From the IMG/VR virus record IMGVR_UViG_3300020434_000055: 64,000 bases of DNA, one strand, 5' to 3'. Both the position numbers and the translations under genes were made by a program. Position 1 is the stretch's first letter; the number at the start of each line of letters is the position of its first letter. This document shows, one piece after another, positions 18,601 through 26,503 of the stretch. The notes under the pieces are model-generated. The model did not search any database and had not been told where the DNA came from. It was given only the letters and a program-made list of their open reading frames with translations. Source of the stretch: a virus. Taxonomy: Duplodnaviria > Caudoviricetes.

Positions 18601-20198
18601 ATGGTGCTGGATTTATTGATTACATGACAAGAGGTGGTGATGGTAACTTTATTTTCTGTCACAGAATGAGAAATTCTAACGTAAACACAGAAGCATATAT
18701 GAGAACAGGTAACCAACCTGTGCGTTATGAAGTTACAAATGAAGGTGCTAATGGTAAACTTTCAGCTGATATAAGTGCTGGAGAAACAACAATAAGACTA
18801 TTAGATACTTCATTCTTTCCACCAGCTGGCGGAACACTTTATATAGATAATGAAATTATTACATATACAGGAATTAACGGAAATAGATTAACAGGATGTA
18901 CTAGAGCAACTCAATTAACAAACTTTACTTCCGGTTCAATTAGATCATATTCAGCAGGAGCGGCGGCAGAACACTTTAGAAACACTGGAGTGGTATTAAT
19001 TAGTAATACATCAAGTCCAATTATATCACACTGGGGTTCATCTTATATAACAGATGGAGATTTTGATGAAGAACGTGGATATCTGTTTAGTTATTCAGCG
19101 ACAGCTTTAGCTTTATCAACTATAAGACAAACCGTGTTCCTAATAAGATTAGCACCGTCAATTGCAAATGCTTTAACTGGTGACCTGGGAGATAGAGACT
19201 TACTTAATAGAGCCCAATTGCTACTTGATGGTTTAGAAATAACATCTGAACCTACATCAGGTGCAGGTAATGGATCATTAGTTGTACAAGGAGTTATTAA
19301 TCCACAAAACTATCCATTAGATCCAAGTGATATAGGTTGGACGGGATTAACAGGAACAGCTCAAGGTGGTCAACCATCATTTGCCCAAATAGCGGCAGGT
19401 GGTTCGGTTAACTGGAACGGTGGAGCTACTCAAACTACACAAACAGCGGCAACATCGGCTATCATTACAACTGATGTAACAAACAACTGGTGGAACATGG
19501 GTTCTTGGTATAATAATTATTCATACTGGTTAAAAGAAGATGGCCCAGGTAACAATAATGGTTTCGCGGATAGAAATATTAAAGTAGGAGATAATGTAAG
19601 TGGTGGTAACTTTCCTGCAGGTACAGTTATTACAGAGCTTTATGAATATTCTTATTACTTCCTAGCATACTACAGTCAAAATCACGGTGGTATTCCTATG
19701 GCAACAACTATTACGTTTTCTATGGGTGGTGATTTAACTAATACAAACTACTTGTATATGGATCCTACTCAGTGGGAATCCTCAAATGCCACATCAGGTA
19801 CAGAATTGCAAGATACTAATTTCCCAGCTGGTACATCAGTTATTAGTGTGGATCCTAAAGCAAGATATGGTCCAGTAAGTACTGGTACAGAATATTACAA
19901 AGTAACGTTTTCACAAACGTCAACTGGAACAATTAATGCAGGTGCAAATGTTACGTTCTTATTTGGTAATCCACCATATGCACAACCGGGAGAAACGATC
20001 TTTTCATTCGTTGCACAACCGGGAGAAAGAGCAACATTATCACTTAATCAAATCAAGGAATTGACTAACACTACACTTGGTGGTCGAGGAGCATTTCCAA
20101 ATGGTCCAGATGCGTTAGCTATTAACGTATATAGAACAGCAGGTTCAGGTGATGTAGCTGGTACAGTTACATTACGTTGGTCAGAAGCTCAAGCGTAA
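12663..20198 (+). CDS. Giant (2511 aa) virion structural protein, Thr/Gly/Ser-rich
   Basis: Long ORF with N-terminal helical repeats, a SMIDADFEYGLQPTKW motif, eight internal GGTxPxND-type repeats and a C-terminal HRPFDGGV...RQSKKYIRYQSGKG region. Confidence 0.75.
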   Translation: MAKKKLKNYIFQKGIPKTGNNYPIAWNLLDKNVEYLKDEMLGYIKASSARDTAINLYPNLDSRITNNKEYIKDEVASWVSARVIQNVAPFAGYTKAANVIEDDVDAVITAVARDVRYNGNEQIRAQIETYFIDGTLQLANGGDPEIAYLTQARTIITDFIATGATYSSTQNATTQDLTGSNGESGGITEFTTKANQVIDTIDNGIIQTPALSSSPYVFENFTYDKSKCDRDYQFVLDAFLNDLRYNGNKSTRYISSKFWVGSTPQLDGDRQPEIQTQYWIRDFINNYIFTNVDASNQSPNASTIINANKEFIGDEVAAWFDATYPGVHSQTEIDKCERDSKFNIEAIAHDIQYGGNSEIVRTAKKYWEGAALTLYPNERTYAVAVNNKIEEIINGYILTNTPWTSLQSPSVTIQTMGSGEGSATAKVTSFIQILNAVTLNGVGQLPVEVHTTSHQDPITSVQFTDDNTSESLASNRISTLSFIISDVMENGLDNLPALERNEVSSIRAVDPAGKIKHEDILLVTNTTRNTVLYNFADPSMGCEVEYDRGLTGSSHTELVEDTDFPSFLEGADTISTIFFNVDTSTHENTDSIQAFIEATELRVRPFDFGTDAIERYRIAKPQSMIDADFEYGLQPTKWQAISTQRGYPSIYEVPGTDIDVESVTTDASTSTQGIGASLITVNTTGPHNLDVGAPISIIGFAGSGVEGTGRATGSFVVHTIPTNKQLTYYAKAKVGTSAGAVISTKFTQMRRAAFYTGADLGEPSFSVASNGSSGAVVTSIGAIQGETVLAFTGTPPPTGAPITGTGVATGTQVTAIQGTGGAIATPKISGDYASGTSQINVVDASGIVQNSVMDRGDGYATTIISVVGQTLVLSTPLNGALIGDQTVYPEVAGTNATPAGLEATFNVTWAGGNYTVTLINTGNDYVVGDAIVILGNMLSGTTPENDLIISVDEVDTAGEILAFTFTGVSFGGTGSLSGISGTVAGGTGTGGTFALTKDAGTYTIALEDKTYTGLTATYAGNIYTATTWDITVLNGAYTVHTVNTSGTGHIVNDKLEISGGSFGGSSANNIVITVTSVDGTGQITGHTIVGTAPDIIESYISPVWSTAGGGTLATFTITRTGTVYTAQVTTPGAGFAVSDTVVIDGALLGGASTTNDCTLTINTIGGSGDILTLTPTGTAVNTKDFTEVSSSGYIGTGAQFSVTNVVGATTYSSITATSLGEKYGIGQELIILGSSLGGTDGVHDLTLALTGPLGANDAVVDQQWTDSGAAQPGPETKNYTVNDLLLAGGVSLGGTAPTNDAYVTVTSVDANGSITGMSIAGTGTDANVDYVSPAWTTSGSGVDATFSVNRTGTTYSVSVTGTGSGFAATDTVTFAGDLLGGATTANDCTITVDSVSAGAIATISAAAGTSVNTQTFSPASISARVGTSATFDVDIAGGNYTVSLNQGGSNYWVGQEITLPGTILYGSSTANDLVITITAIDAVATGVITTFNSAGSANTGTGGISTVMSGQNRAMTGVGGTFSVTRSYSEDSSTTYTECQVTSPGSNYNVGDRLTISGASLGGTTPANDLEVLVQAVSSAGAVTANTHSGTAIVGTGVTVYSSITISDATTTSIPNGTTLTYTAIATMEVTFLTPHGLVPGAGFLVTIGSDDGSNNHILASGPGLVTEIPSPTKFRYQVRSPGTITDAQWSGFVYVRPDSFFVHRPFDGGVMLGTGGPQHGAQAIRQSKKYIRYQSGKGIMYTTGALFAPSYDILNVVADGKAVGSVITITTDEIDHGLQVGAIIKLIGITQQEYNDTYTITQIISERVFKTTAQSTLSILQPEFSDQPQVSLKNWNGATVRSGIFDDQNGIFWEYDGVNLALTQRTATRQLAGTIAVTPDSNTVNGTGTRFREQLKSGDRIVIRGMTHVVSNVSSNTEMYVTPDYRGVNPSSGVKSCLILDKKTKQSDWNLDKVDGTGPSGYDLDVSKMQMVGIQMSWYGAGFIDYMTRGGDGNFIFCHRMRNSNVNTEAYMRTGNQPVRYEVTNEGANGKLSADISAGETTIRLLDTSFFPPAGGTLYIDNEIITYTGINGNRLTGCTRATQLTNFTSGSIRSYSAGAAAEHFRNTGVVLISNTSSPIISHWGSSYITDGDFDEERGYLFSYSATALALSTIRQTVFLIRLAPSIANALTGDLGDRDLLNRAQLLLDGLEITSEPTSGAGNGSLVVQGVINPQNYPLDPSDIGWTGLTGTAQGGQPSFAQIAAGGSVNWNGGATQTTQTAATSAIITTDVTNNWWNMGSWYNNYSYWLKEDGPGNNNGFADRNIKVGDNVSGGNFPAGTVITELYEYSYYFLAYYSQNHGGIPMATTITFSMGGDLTNTNYLYMDPTQWESSNATSGTELQDTNFPAGTSVISVDPKARYGPVSTGTEYYKVTFSQTSTGTINAGANVTFLFGNPPYAQPGETIFSFVAQPGERATLSLNQIKELTNTTLGGRGAFPNGPDALAINVYRTAGSGDVAGTVTLRWSEAQA
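15350..17450 (+). repeat. Eight degenerate protein-level repeats (roughly 80-120 aa spacing) in the giant structural protein
   Basis: Recurring (L/I)xxxGxxLGGxxxxND(L/C)x(I/V)T(V/I): LSGTTPENDL, FGGSSANNI, LGGASTTNDC, LGGTDGVHDL, LGGTAPTNDA, LGGATTANDC, LYGSSTANDL, LGGTTPANDL. Boundaries are approximate. Confidence 0.75.
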
Positions 20199-20591
20199 TT
20201 ATTTCTTTTCAGGATTATTTTTAGAATCTTTTTGACTATCACCTTTAACAATTCTATAATTGTCATCAGAATGATCAGGAGTACTAACTTCAGATACACT
20301 ACCGGAATTACTCATACATACTAATTGATGTGGTTGGCAAGGAGGATTATGCCAAGAGTCGCCTTCTTTTAATTCTTGAGAATATAAAGTTGCATCTTTA
20401 GTATCAATCCAATTTAATTTAAATACACCATTGTTTACAAACCAAGTTTCATCTTTATCTTTATGAAAATGCATACTAAATTTTGCTCCTTTTTTAGTAA
20501 ACACCATAATTTTTCCACAGTACTTTTCATTAGAAGCCCATATTAATTCATAGCCCCAACCCATTTCTCGTTTACCTGTTTTATTGATCAT
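20199..20591 (-). CDS. Cupin-fold sugar isomerase/epimerase-like protein
   Basis: Lies on the minus strand (track label wrong; plus strand 20199 reads TTA). GWGYE.IW...FSMHFHKDKDETW...HNPPCQPHQL cupin metal motifs. Confidence 0.7.
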   Translation of the reverse strand: MINKTGKREMGWGYELIWASNEKYCGKIMVFTKKGAKFSMHFHKDKDETWFVNNGVFKLNWIDTKDATLYSQELKEGDSWHNPPCQPHQLVCMSNSGSVSEVSTPDHSDDNYRIVKGDSQKDSKNNPEKK

Positions 20592-21396
20592 TTACAAATT
20601 CCTTAACGGTTTTCCAATTAATGTCTATATGTTTATTTAATTTTGTCAAATCGGCGCAAGTATAACTTTGATATTGATTGCTTAAATTTAATGGCATAGG
20701 TATAGTTTCTATTTTAGCATTGTATTTTTTAGCGATAATTCCAGCTATTCTTAAAAAACTAGTAGTCTTACCAGTACCTACATTAAAAATACCACTAACA
20801 TCTTTTTTTAACATTTGTTCATGTACAGTACATACATCATCTACACAAACAAAATCTCTAAGATAATTTTCACTATTTTCAAAAATTTTAATTACTTTAT
20901 CTTCTTTAGCTTGTTTTGTAAATTTAGTTATAGGTGATGCTTGATCTTTTTTATGTTCTTCGTCAGAACCATATACATTAAAATATCTAAATCCTTGAAC
21001 AAGGACATCAAATTGGTCCACAGATTCAATAAAACGATCAAACAAATATTTGCTCCATGCATATGGATTCATTGGAGACACAGGACCATCTTCTGTAAAT
21101 GTACTTTGACCTCCATAAACACTAGCAGAACTGGCATATTGAAAATTTGTTCCCATAGTATCACATAATTGTAACAATCTCATACTAAAATCATAATTTT
21201 GTGTTAATATTTTTTTAACATTAGTTTCTGTAGTAGTTGCAATTGCGCCTAAATGTATTACCCAATCATATTTTGATGGATCTGGCACAACATTTTCTAC
21301 ATAAGAATAACCTTTTACAGTATGTCCTTTAGACTCTAAATGTTTAGATAAGTTTTTTCCTATAAATCCATTATGTCCTGTTATTAATATGTTCAT
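20581..21396 (-). CDS. hldD: ADP-L-glycero-D-manno-heptose 6-epimerase
   Basis: Minus strand; likely start MNILITGHNGFIG at 21396 (TAATG overlap). YASSASVYG, PYAWSKYLFD, GFRYFNVYG...HK, RDFVCVDDV, GIFNVGTG..SF and YQSYTCADL match HldD/RfaD. Confidence 0.85.
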   Translation of the reverse strand: MNILITGHNGFIGKNLSKHLESKGHTVKGYSYVENVVPDPSKYDWVIHLGAIATTTETNVKKILTQNYDFSMRLLQLCDTMGTNFQYASSASVYGGQSTFTEDGPVSPMNPYAWSKYLFDRFIESVDQFDVLVQGFRYFNVYGSDEEHKKDQASPITKFTKQAKEDKVIKIFENSENYLRDFVCVDDVCTVHEQMLKKDVSGIFNVGTGKTTSFLRIAGIIAKKYNAKIETIPMPLNLSNQYQSYTCADLTKLNKHIDINWKTVKEFVNDQ

Positions 21397-22001
21397 TAAT
21401 ATCCTGTCTTTTTCTCTCCCCAAGGTCTAGTTTTTTCTGCTACACTTTCGGGGATAGTTAAATGTGCATAGGTACTATCAGGTACCGGTATAAAATTAAT
21501 ATTAATTGCCATTCTACTTTTTACATCTGTACAAGTAGATCCAGAATGCATCATATAACTAGGAAAAATAACCATTGAATTTTCTACACTTGGTATTTTT
21601 GTACCATCTTCAAATTCAGTGTATCCATCATTTGTATTAATATAAAGAATTGCTGTAACACAACAAGGAGTTACTGTATCAACATGATAACCATGAGTAA
21701 CAAGTTTATCTTGTCTAGTAACAAGATTTGCTTTAACTCTAATAAAAGTTATTGGATCTAATAATGCAAAAACAGGAATTAGAGCTTCCCAATTAGATTC
21801 ATTTGTAACAATTCTATTACTTTCTTGAAATACGTGTGTAAATTGAAATTGGTATTTTTCAGTATCTGGTAATATGTGCATATCATCTACTACATTAGAA
21901 TTATAATACCAAGGAAAATTAAGACCCATGATAAGTTCTTGTAACCTTTTAAAGTGCTCAATTGATAATGCGTTTGGTAATTGGATTATTTTATTGTTCA
22001 T
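21396..22001 (-). CDS. 2OG-Fe(II) oxygenase (phage type)
   Basis: HVD...TAILYINTNDGYTEF...ENSMVIFPSYMMHSG...R pattern (HxD...H...R). Confidence 0.8.
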   Translation of the reverse strand: MNNKIIQLPNALSIEHFKRLQELIMGLNFPWYYNSNVVDDMHILPDTEKYQFQFTHVFQESNRIVTNESNWEALIPVFALLDPITFIRVKANLVTRQDKLVTHGYHVDTVTPCCVTAILYINTNDGYTEFEDGTKIPSVENSMVIFPSYMMHSGSTCTDVKSRMAININFIPVPDSTYAHLTIPESVAEKTRPWGEKKTGY

Positions 22002-23232
22002 TTTTAATTTTTTCTATTATGTCACTTGTAGAATGTCCTTCTATTCTTGGAAAAATTCTAACTTCTGCAAGTTCATTTCCTACGGTTGTTTGTACTGTCC
22101 AATCTCCCCCTTTTACTATAATATCTGGCATAACTTCTTTCATAAGTTTGTGTGGATTATCTTCTTCAAAAACTTTAACTTCGTCTACCCACGGTAACAT
22201 CATTAATTGTTTAACTCTTTTATCTTCATTATTAATAGGTCTATCCGGACCTTTTATTTTTTTAACACTATCGTCACTATTAATTCCAACAATTAATTTT
22301 TTACCTAAACTTTTTGCATATTTTAATAATTCTAAATGACCTATATGTAAAATATCAAATACTCCATTAGTAAAAATAACTCCTTTTTGTAAATCATTTA
22401 AAGTAACAGGTACAACACCACGTTGTTCTACGTTTCTAGCTGATGCCGTACACGCCAATTTACAACATTCAAATACATTAATATCTTTGGATATACCATA
22501 AGCTAATACACTTAAAAATGTGTCTCCTGCACCTGTAACATCTGCAACATCTTTTGCTTTTTCTTTTAATAAAGAATATTCACCTGTAGTACATAATACA
22601 TGAGCACCATTACTACCATCAGTAACTATTAACCATGTCCATTGATGTTCTCGCATAAATTTAAGAGCATCAGTAATTGAAAATACACTATTCCATTCGT
22701 TATATTCTTTCATATTTGGTTTAACAATATATGCTCCATCATAGGTATCTGCACTTTGTTTTGGATCAACTATTACATATTTTGTTTTTTTTAATAATTT
22801 AGATATTGTATCTTTTTTAATAACACCTTTATTATAATCACTAACAATTACTATATCATTTTCATTACAATCAACTGTAACTTCATTAGAATAATCTTCT
22901 TCTTTATCTAATCTTAAAACGTGTTTACCACCTTGACCTATTATCCTTGTTTTAGTAGTTGTAATAGAATGATCATAATTTAATTTAGGATGTATTTCTT
23001 GATTTAAAAATAATTTTATTAATTTTTTACCTGGATCATCTTGTCCTATTGCTCCATATAATTCACAAGGTACCTTTAAATTTGCAATATTAACTGCAAC
23101 ATTTCCAGCACCTCCTATACTATATTTTTTATTATTCTCTTTTATAACTAATACAGGTCCTTCAGGTGAAACTCTTTCTGCATTTCCTTCTATCCATATA
23201 TCTAACATAACATCACCAATTATTTTAATCAT
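21991..23232 (-). CDS. hldE: Bifunctional heptose 7-phosphate kinase / heptose 1-phosphate nucleotidyltransferase
   Basis: N-terminal IGDVMLD...RVSPEGPV, GGAGNVA, SDYNKG, VDPK, KPN..E, DVTGAGDT (PfkB kinase); C-terminal TNGVFDILHIGH, VGINSD.SV..KG..RP, KGGDW. Confidence 0.93.
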   Translation of the reverse strand: MIKIIGDVMLDIWIEGNAERVSPEGPVLVIKENNKKYSIGGAGNVAVNIANLKVPCELYGAIGQDDPGKKLIKLFLNQEIHPKLNYDHSITTTKTRIIGQGGKHVLRLDKEEDYSNEVTVDCNENDIVIVSDYNKGVIKKDTISKLLKKTKYVIVDPKQSADTYDGAYIVKPNMKEYNEWNSVFSITDALKFMREHQWTWLIVTDGSNGAHVLCTTGEYSLLKEKAKDVADVTGAGDTFLSVLAYGISKDINVFECCKLACTASARNVEQRGVVPVTLNDLQKGVIFTNGVFDILHIGHLELLKYAKSLGKKLIVGINSDDSVKKIKGPDRPINNEDKRVKQLMMLPWVDEVKVFEEDNPHKLMKEVMPDIIVKGGDWTVQTTVGNELAEVRIFPRIEGHSTSDIIEKIKNEQ

Positions 23233-23660
23233 ACTATAAATTTAACCATTTTAAAAACTGTTTCTAATTTTGTTTGATTGGTTTTATTTTGTAATGTTTT
23301 TCTTAATCCTTGATGCAAAGGTTTAGGCCATCTACCAAAAGCTACCCAAGAATAACCATCATGTTCTTTATTTAATTTAGGTATAAATTCATCTTTTACT
23401 AAACAAAGATATGTATGGTATAAGAAATTTTCATCATTACTAATGAATGTTTCCATAGGAATAGTTTTAACAATTTGTTGATTACCGATTTCTTCTTTAA
23501 TTTCTCTTTTCAATCCTTCCCAAGGATTTTCGGAAGTTGTTGTTCCTCCAACTAACCCCCAAACGTGACTTTGCTTACTTTGTGTCCTATGTAATAACAA
23601 AAATCGCTGAGTATTAAGGGTATAGAAAAGTGCTCCGCAACCAATTATTCTCTGGGTCAT
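23229..23660 (-). CDS. Nudix hydrolase
   Basis: Exact Nudix box GX5EX7REUXEEXG (GGTTTSENPWEGLKREIKEEIG). Confidence 0.88.
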   Translation of the reverse strand: MTQRIIGCGALFYTLNTQRFLLLHRTQSKQSHVWGLVGGTTTSENPWEGLKREIKEEIGNQQIVKTIPMETFISNDENFLYHTYLCLVKDEFIPKLNKEHDGYSWVAFGRWPKPLHQGLRKTLQNKTNQTKLETVFKMVKFIV

Positions 23661-23673
23661 GTAAATAATTATC

Positions 23674-25137
23674 TTAAAGAGTAATAGACCAGGTTCCTTT
23701 ACGATACTCTCCTTCGAAACTTAATATCCATTGTGTGCCATCCCATTTATATTGGATGCCTGTATTAAGGTTTGTAACGTATGTAGGTGTGAATACTGTT
23801 GAATCATCTAAATTATTAGCACTTGCATTAAAAATTACTGTCCAATCTGTTCCATTCCATTCTATAATATCATTAGCTTCTGCTACAAAGTCTGCATTAC
23901 CAGTACCTTTCCATGCATCTGCACCATCAGTATTACTTACATCACCGATAGGTCCTAATAATAAAAGTCTTTGACCTGCTACTTTTGTAGATGTAGGATT
24001 ATATGTTACCGGATCAATTATAAAATCTACTGTACCTCTTGCATCTGCATATCCTTGAATATCAGTATCGGTAGGAATAGTATCTGCGTCCCAGTTTACA
24101 ATTAATTGATTTTCATTTAAACTGTTAATTGCAAATGTTCCACTAATTCTTGTAGAAACATCTAACCTATTAAGATACAATGTGCTTAAACTTGCTTGAT
24201 ATATTCCAGGTAATCTCTCTAGTAATGCATTCCAATTGACATTTCCTACAACACCTCTGTCTACTATTTGAGCTATATTATTCATTACAAGAATATCATA
24301 TTGTATACCTGTAGTTCCTATAACACTATCAACATCTGCTTTAACAACTTTACTAGTGTCAATAGTACCGTCTGCACTTTTTACAATATCTGCTTTAATA
24401 TCTTTGCCATAATCATCTTGATAGGCTTGTAATTCAGGCATAGACTGACTAAGGTCAATGTTACCTGTTTTTTCATTGTATATGCTAGTAATAATTTGAG
24501 TAATAACTCCTAATTTTTTAACTTTAGTAGGAGGACTAATCCAAATAGGTGTTGTAAAACCTAAAGTAGCTATATCTATTTCGCTTTCTGCTCCCACTGG
24601 AATTGTTCTTCCACTAAACTGTACACTTGTTAAATCCACTACACTTAAACTAGTCCAATCAATATAATTGTCTGTAGTTTGGATTTCTAAACTTGGATTG
24701 AATAACATTAAAACTTGTTCTAAAATTTGTAATTTTTGTTCAGTATTTGTAGACCATATATCACAATTTACATTTAACGTATAAGGTGTTGGCATTAATC
24801 TTTCTACAGTATAATTTGATCCTTGAACATTAAGATATTCTTTATTGGAATCATCATAAGCACGTTCTCGTAAATGAATTTTACTAACATAAGTAGCATC
24901 TGCTAATCTGTCTCTAGCCATTTCTAAACCATTAACATAAATTCCCATTCTAGGAGCAGAAGGAATTTTATTTTCTGAATTATCTCTTATGATATGACCA
25001 ACTTGTCTAGAAATATCACCATACATGACAGGTATTTGTTTTAGATTTCCATCACCATCTTTATAGCTAAAGTTACTCATTAGTCTAATAATTTGAGTGA
25101 TATATCGTCTTATCTGTCCGTCGTAAAAAAATTGCAT
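23674..25137 (-). CDS. Tail terminator / sheath stabiliser (T4 gp15-like) with C-terminal extension
   Basis: FYDGQIRRY...IPVMYG...PRM...YTL...DIW...QKLQILEQVLMLFNP, located beside the neck genes. Confidence 0.7.
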   Translation of the reverse strand: MQFFYDGQIRRYITQIIRLMSNFSYKDGDGNLKQIPVMYGDISRQVGHIIRDNSENKIPSAPRMGIYVNGLEMARDRLADATYVSKIHLRERAYDDSNKEYLNVQGSNYTVERLMPTPYTLNVNCDIWSTNTEQKLQILEQVLMLFNPSLEIQTTDNYIDWTSLSVVDLTSVQFSGRTIPVGAESEIDIATLGFTTPIWISPPTKVKKLGVITQIITSIYNEKTGNIDLSQSMPELQAYQDDYGKDIKADIVKSADGTIDTSKVVKADVDSVIGTTGIQYDILVMNNIAQIVDRGVVGNVNWNALLERLPGIYQASLSTLYLNRLDVSTRISGTFAINSLNENQLIVNWDADTIPTDTDIQGYADARGTVDFIIDPVTYNPTSTKVAGQRLLLLGPIGDVSNTDGADAWKGTGNADFVAEANDIIEWNGTDWTVIFNASANNLDDSTVFTPTYVTNLNTGIQYKWDGTQWILSFEGEYRKGTWSITL

Positions 25138-25292
25138 TATTTTTTCTCTATTTTAGATTTTTCATTTGTTTTTTTAGTTGCTGGTTCATAAAAAGTTCTA
25201 ACTTTGCCCATATATTTTCGAGTAACTTTTTTAAGTCCAACGGCTTTTTCTGTGCCTGGTATAGGAATGCCCCATAATTCTCTAATCATCAT
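25137..25292 (-). CDS. Small basic protein (51 aa), not in ORF track
   Basis: MMIRELWGIPIPGTEKAVGLKKVTRKYMGKVRTFYEPATKKTNEKSKIEKK; TAATG overlaps with both neighbours. Confidence 0.65.
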   Translation of the reverse strand: MMIRELWGIPIPGTEKAVGLKKVTRKYMGKVRTFYEPATKKTNEKSKIEKK

Positions 25293-26449
25293 TAATTGTC
25301 TGCCTTAGGTTTAAGTGCTTTAGATAAACTTTGTCTTTCAGTTACAGTTTCTCCACCTATTTGATTAGTTGCTGTATTATTAATAAACGTACCTTTTTGT
25401 GTAGCTCTTGTGTCTGTATTAGTTAATGTCATTCTTACACCATCTTCCATTTTAACCCATCTAGTCTTATCAAATCTAAATAATCTATTTGGTAAAAAGT
25501 CTGTTCTTAAGAAATAATCACCTTTAATTGCACTTGTTGGAAAAGTAATTCCATGACCAAATACTTCACCATTAGGTGCAATTCCATCACCTACTAAATA
25601 ACCTTGATATCCTGATCTATCAGGTGTTTGATTAACTCTGTCTGCTAATTCGTTTTGTGTACTAGCATCTAATTCATTTGTATCAGTAGTAACAAGCTCA
25701 GTATTACCTTTAGCATCTGTTTGTAATGTGTATAAATGACTAGTTTCATATCCACTTTTTGTAGTATCAGCTTCTGCTTGAGCAACAACAGCCTCATTAA
25801 TTTGCATTTCTTTTTCATATGTGGATAGTACATCTCTAAGTGTTTGACTTGATCCTTCTTGTGCAGGTAAATCAAGTATGCCTTTAAATTCTTGGCTGTC
25901 TACTATTTGTTTTAATTTTACTCTATATAAATGAGGATACCATGATACACTAAATCCTTCTGCCGCCCTGCTTATATCTTCTACTACATAGTATCTTTTT
26001 AATGCTAAATTAAAATCATTAAGGGCGTATTCGTCTTTTAAATGAGGTAATTCAAATACATCTCCCGGCATTATTTTTCGTCCTAACGTTTCTACAGAAG
26101 TTGATATAGGAATAGTCATAAACAATGTATCATTTTGTAAAAACAAACCAAACTGGCTCATATCAAAATCTATATCTGCTACATTGTATATTCCTCTTAA
26201 TGTATAAACACTTGAATCGTATTTTCTATCACGATTTTCAAGAAATAACATATCTTGAATGTTAGTTTCTTTTACAGCATTATATCTAGGTTGTGTAGCT
26301 GTAGCTTCTTCTTCTTCAGGATTCCTTGGACCTAGGTATTTGTGTACAAATACATCAGTGCCCCCTACAGTAAACATCTCATTAACTGTTCTATCTAAGA
26401 AGGCGTAGTCCTGTCCTTTTTCCGGTTTATATAGACTTATTCTTGGCAT
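25292..26449 (-). CDS. Neck / head-closure protein (T4 gp14-like)
   Basis: Divergent from gp13; ENRDRKYD...FGLFLQND...GDVFELPH pattern. Confidence 0.65.
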   Translation of the reverse strand: MPRISLYKPEKGQDYAFLDRTVNEMFTVGGTDVFVHKYLGPRNPEEEEATATQPRYNAVKETNIQDMLFLENRDRKYDSSVYTLRGIYNVADIDFDMSQFGLFLQNDTLFMTIPISTSVETLGRKIMPGDVFELPHLKDEYALNDFNLALKRYYVVEDISRAAEGFSVSWYPHLYRVKLKQIVDSQEFKGILDLPAQEGSSQTLRDVLSTYEKEMQINEAVVAQAEADTTKSGYETSHLYTLQTDAKGNTELVTTDTNELDASTQNELADRVNQTPDRSGYQGYLVGDGIAPNGEVFGHGITFPTSAIKGDYFLRTDFLPNRLFRFDKTRWVKMEDGVRMTLTNTDTRATQKGTFINNTATNQIGGETVTERQSLSKALKPKADN

Positions 26450-26455
26450 ACGTTA

Positions 26456-26461
26456 TATTTA
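26456..26461 (-). promoter_or_regulatory. T4-like late promoter core TAAATA, 6 nt before gp14-like ATG
   Basis: Minus strand reads AATAAATA-TAACGT-ATG; no SD. Confidence 0.6.
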
Positions 26462-26480
26462 TTCTTAGGCAGGACGTTGA

Positions 26481-26486
26481 TAAATA
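26481..26486 (+). promoter_or_regulatory. T4-like late promoter core TAAATA (gp13)
   Basis: GATAAATA in the short divergent intergenic region. Confidence 0.5.
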
Positions 26487-26503
26487 TCTATAGAGAACAT
26501 ATT

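Noticed and set aside
19979-20028. Exact 17-bp direct repeat TGCACAACCGGGAGAAA (19979-19995 and 20012-20028)
   Set aside because: It has only two copies, in frame, encoding AQPGE twice. This is a local coding duplication, not a CRISPR array or att site.
20199-21423. ORF track labels 20199..20591 and 20581..21423 as plus strand
   Set aside because: The plus strand at 20199 and 20581 begins TTA (reverse-complement stop), and the given proteins translate only from the minus strand. Both are reported as minus.
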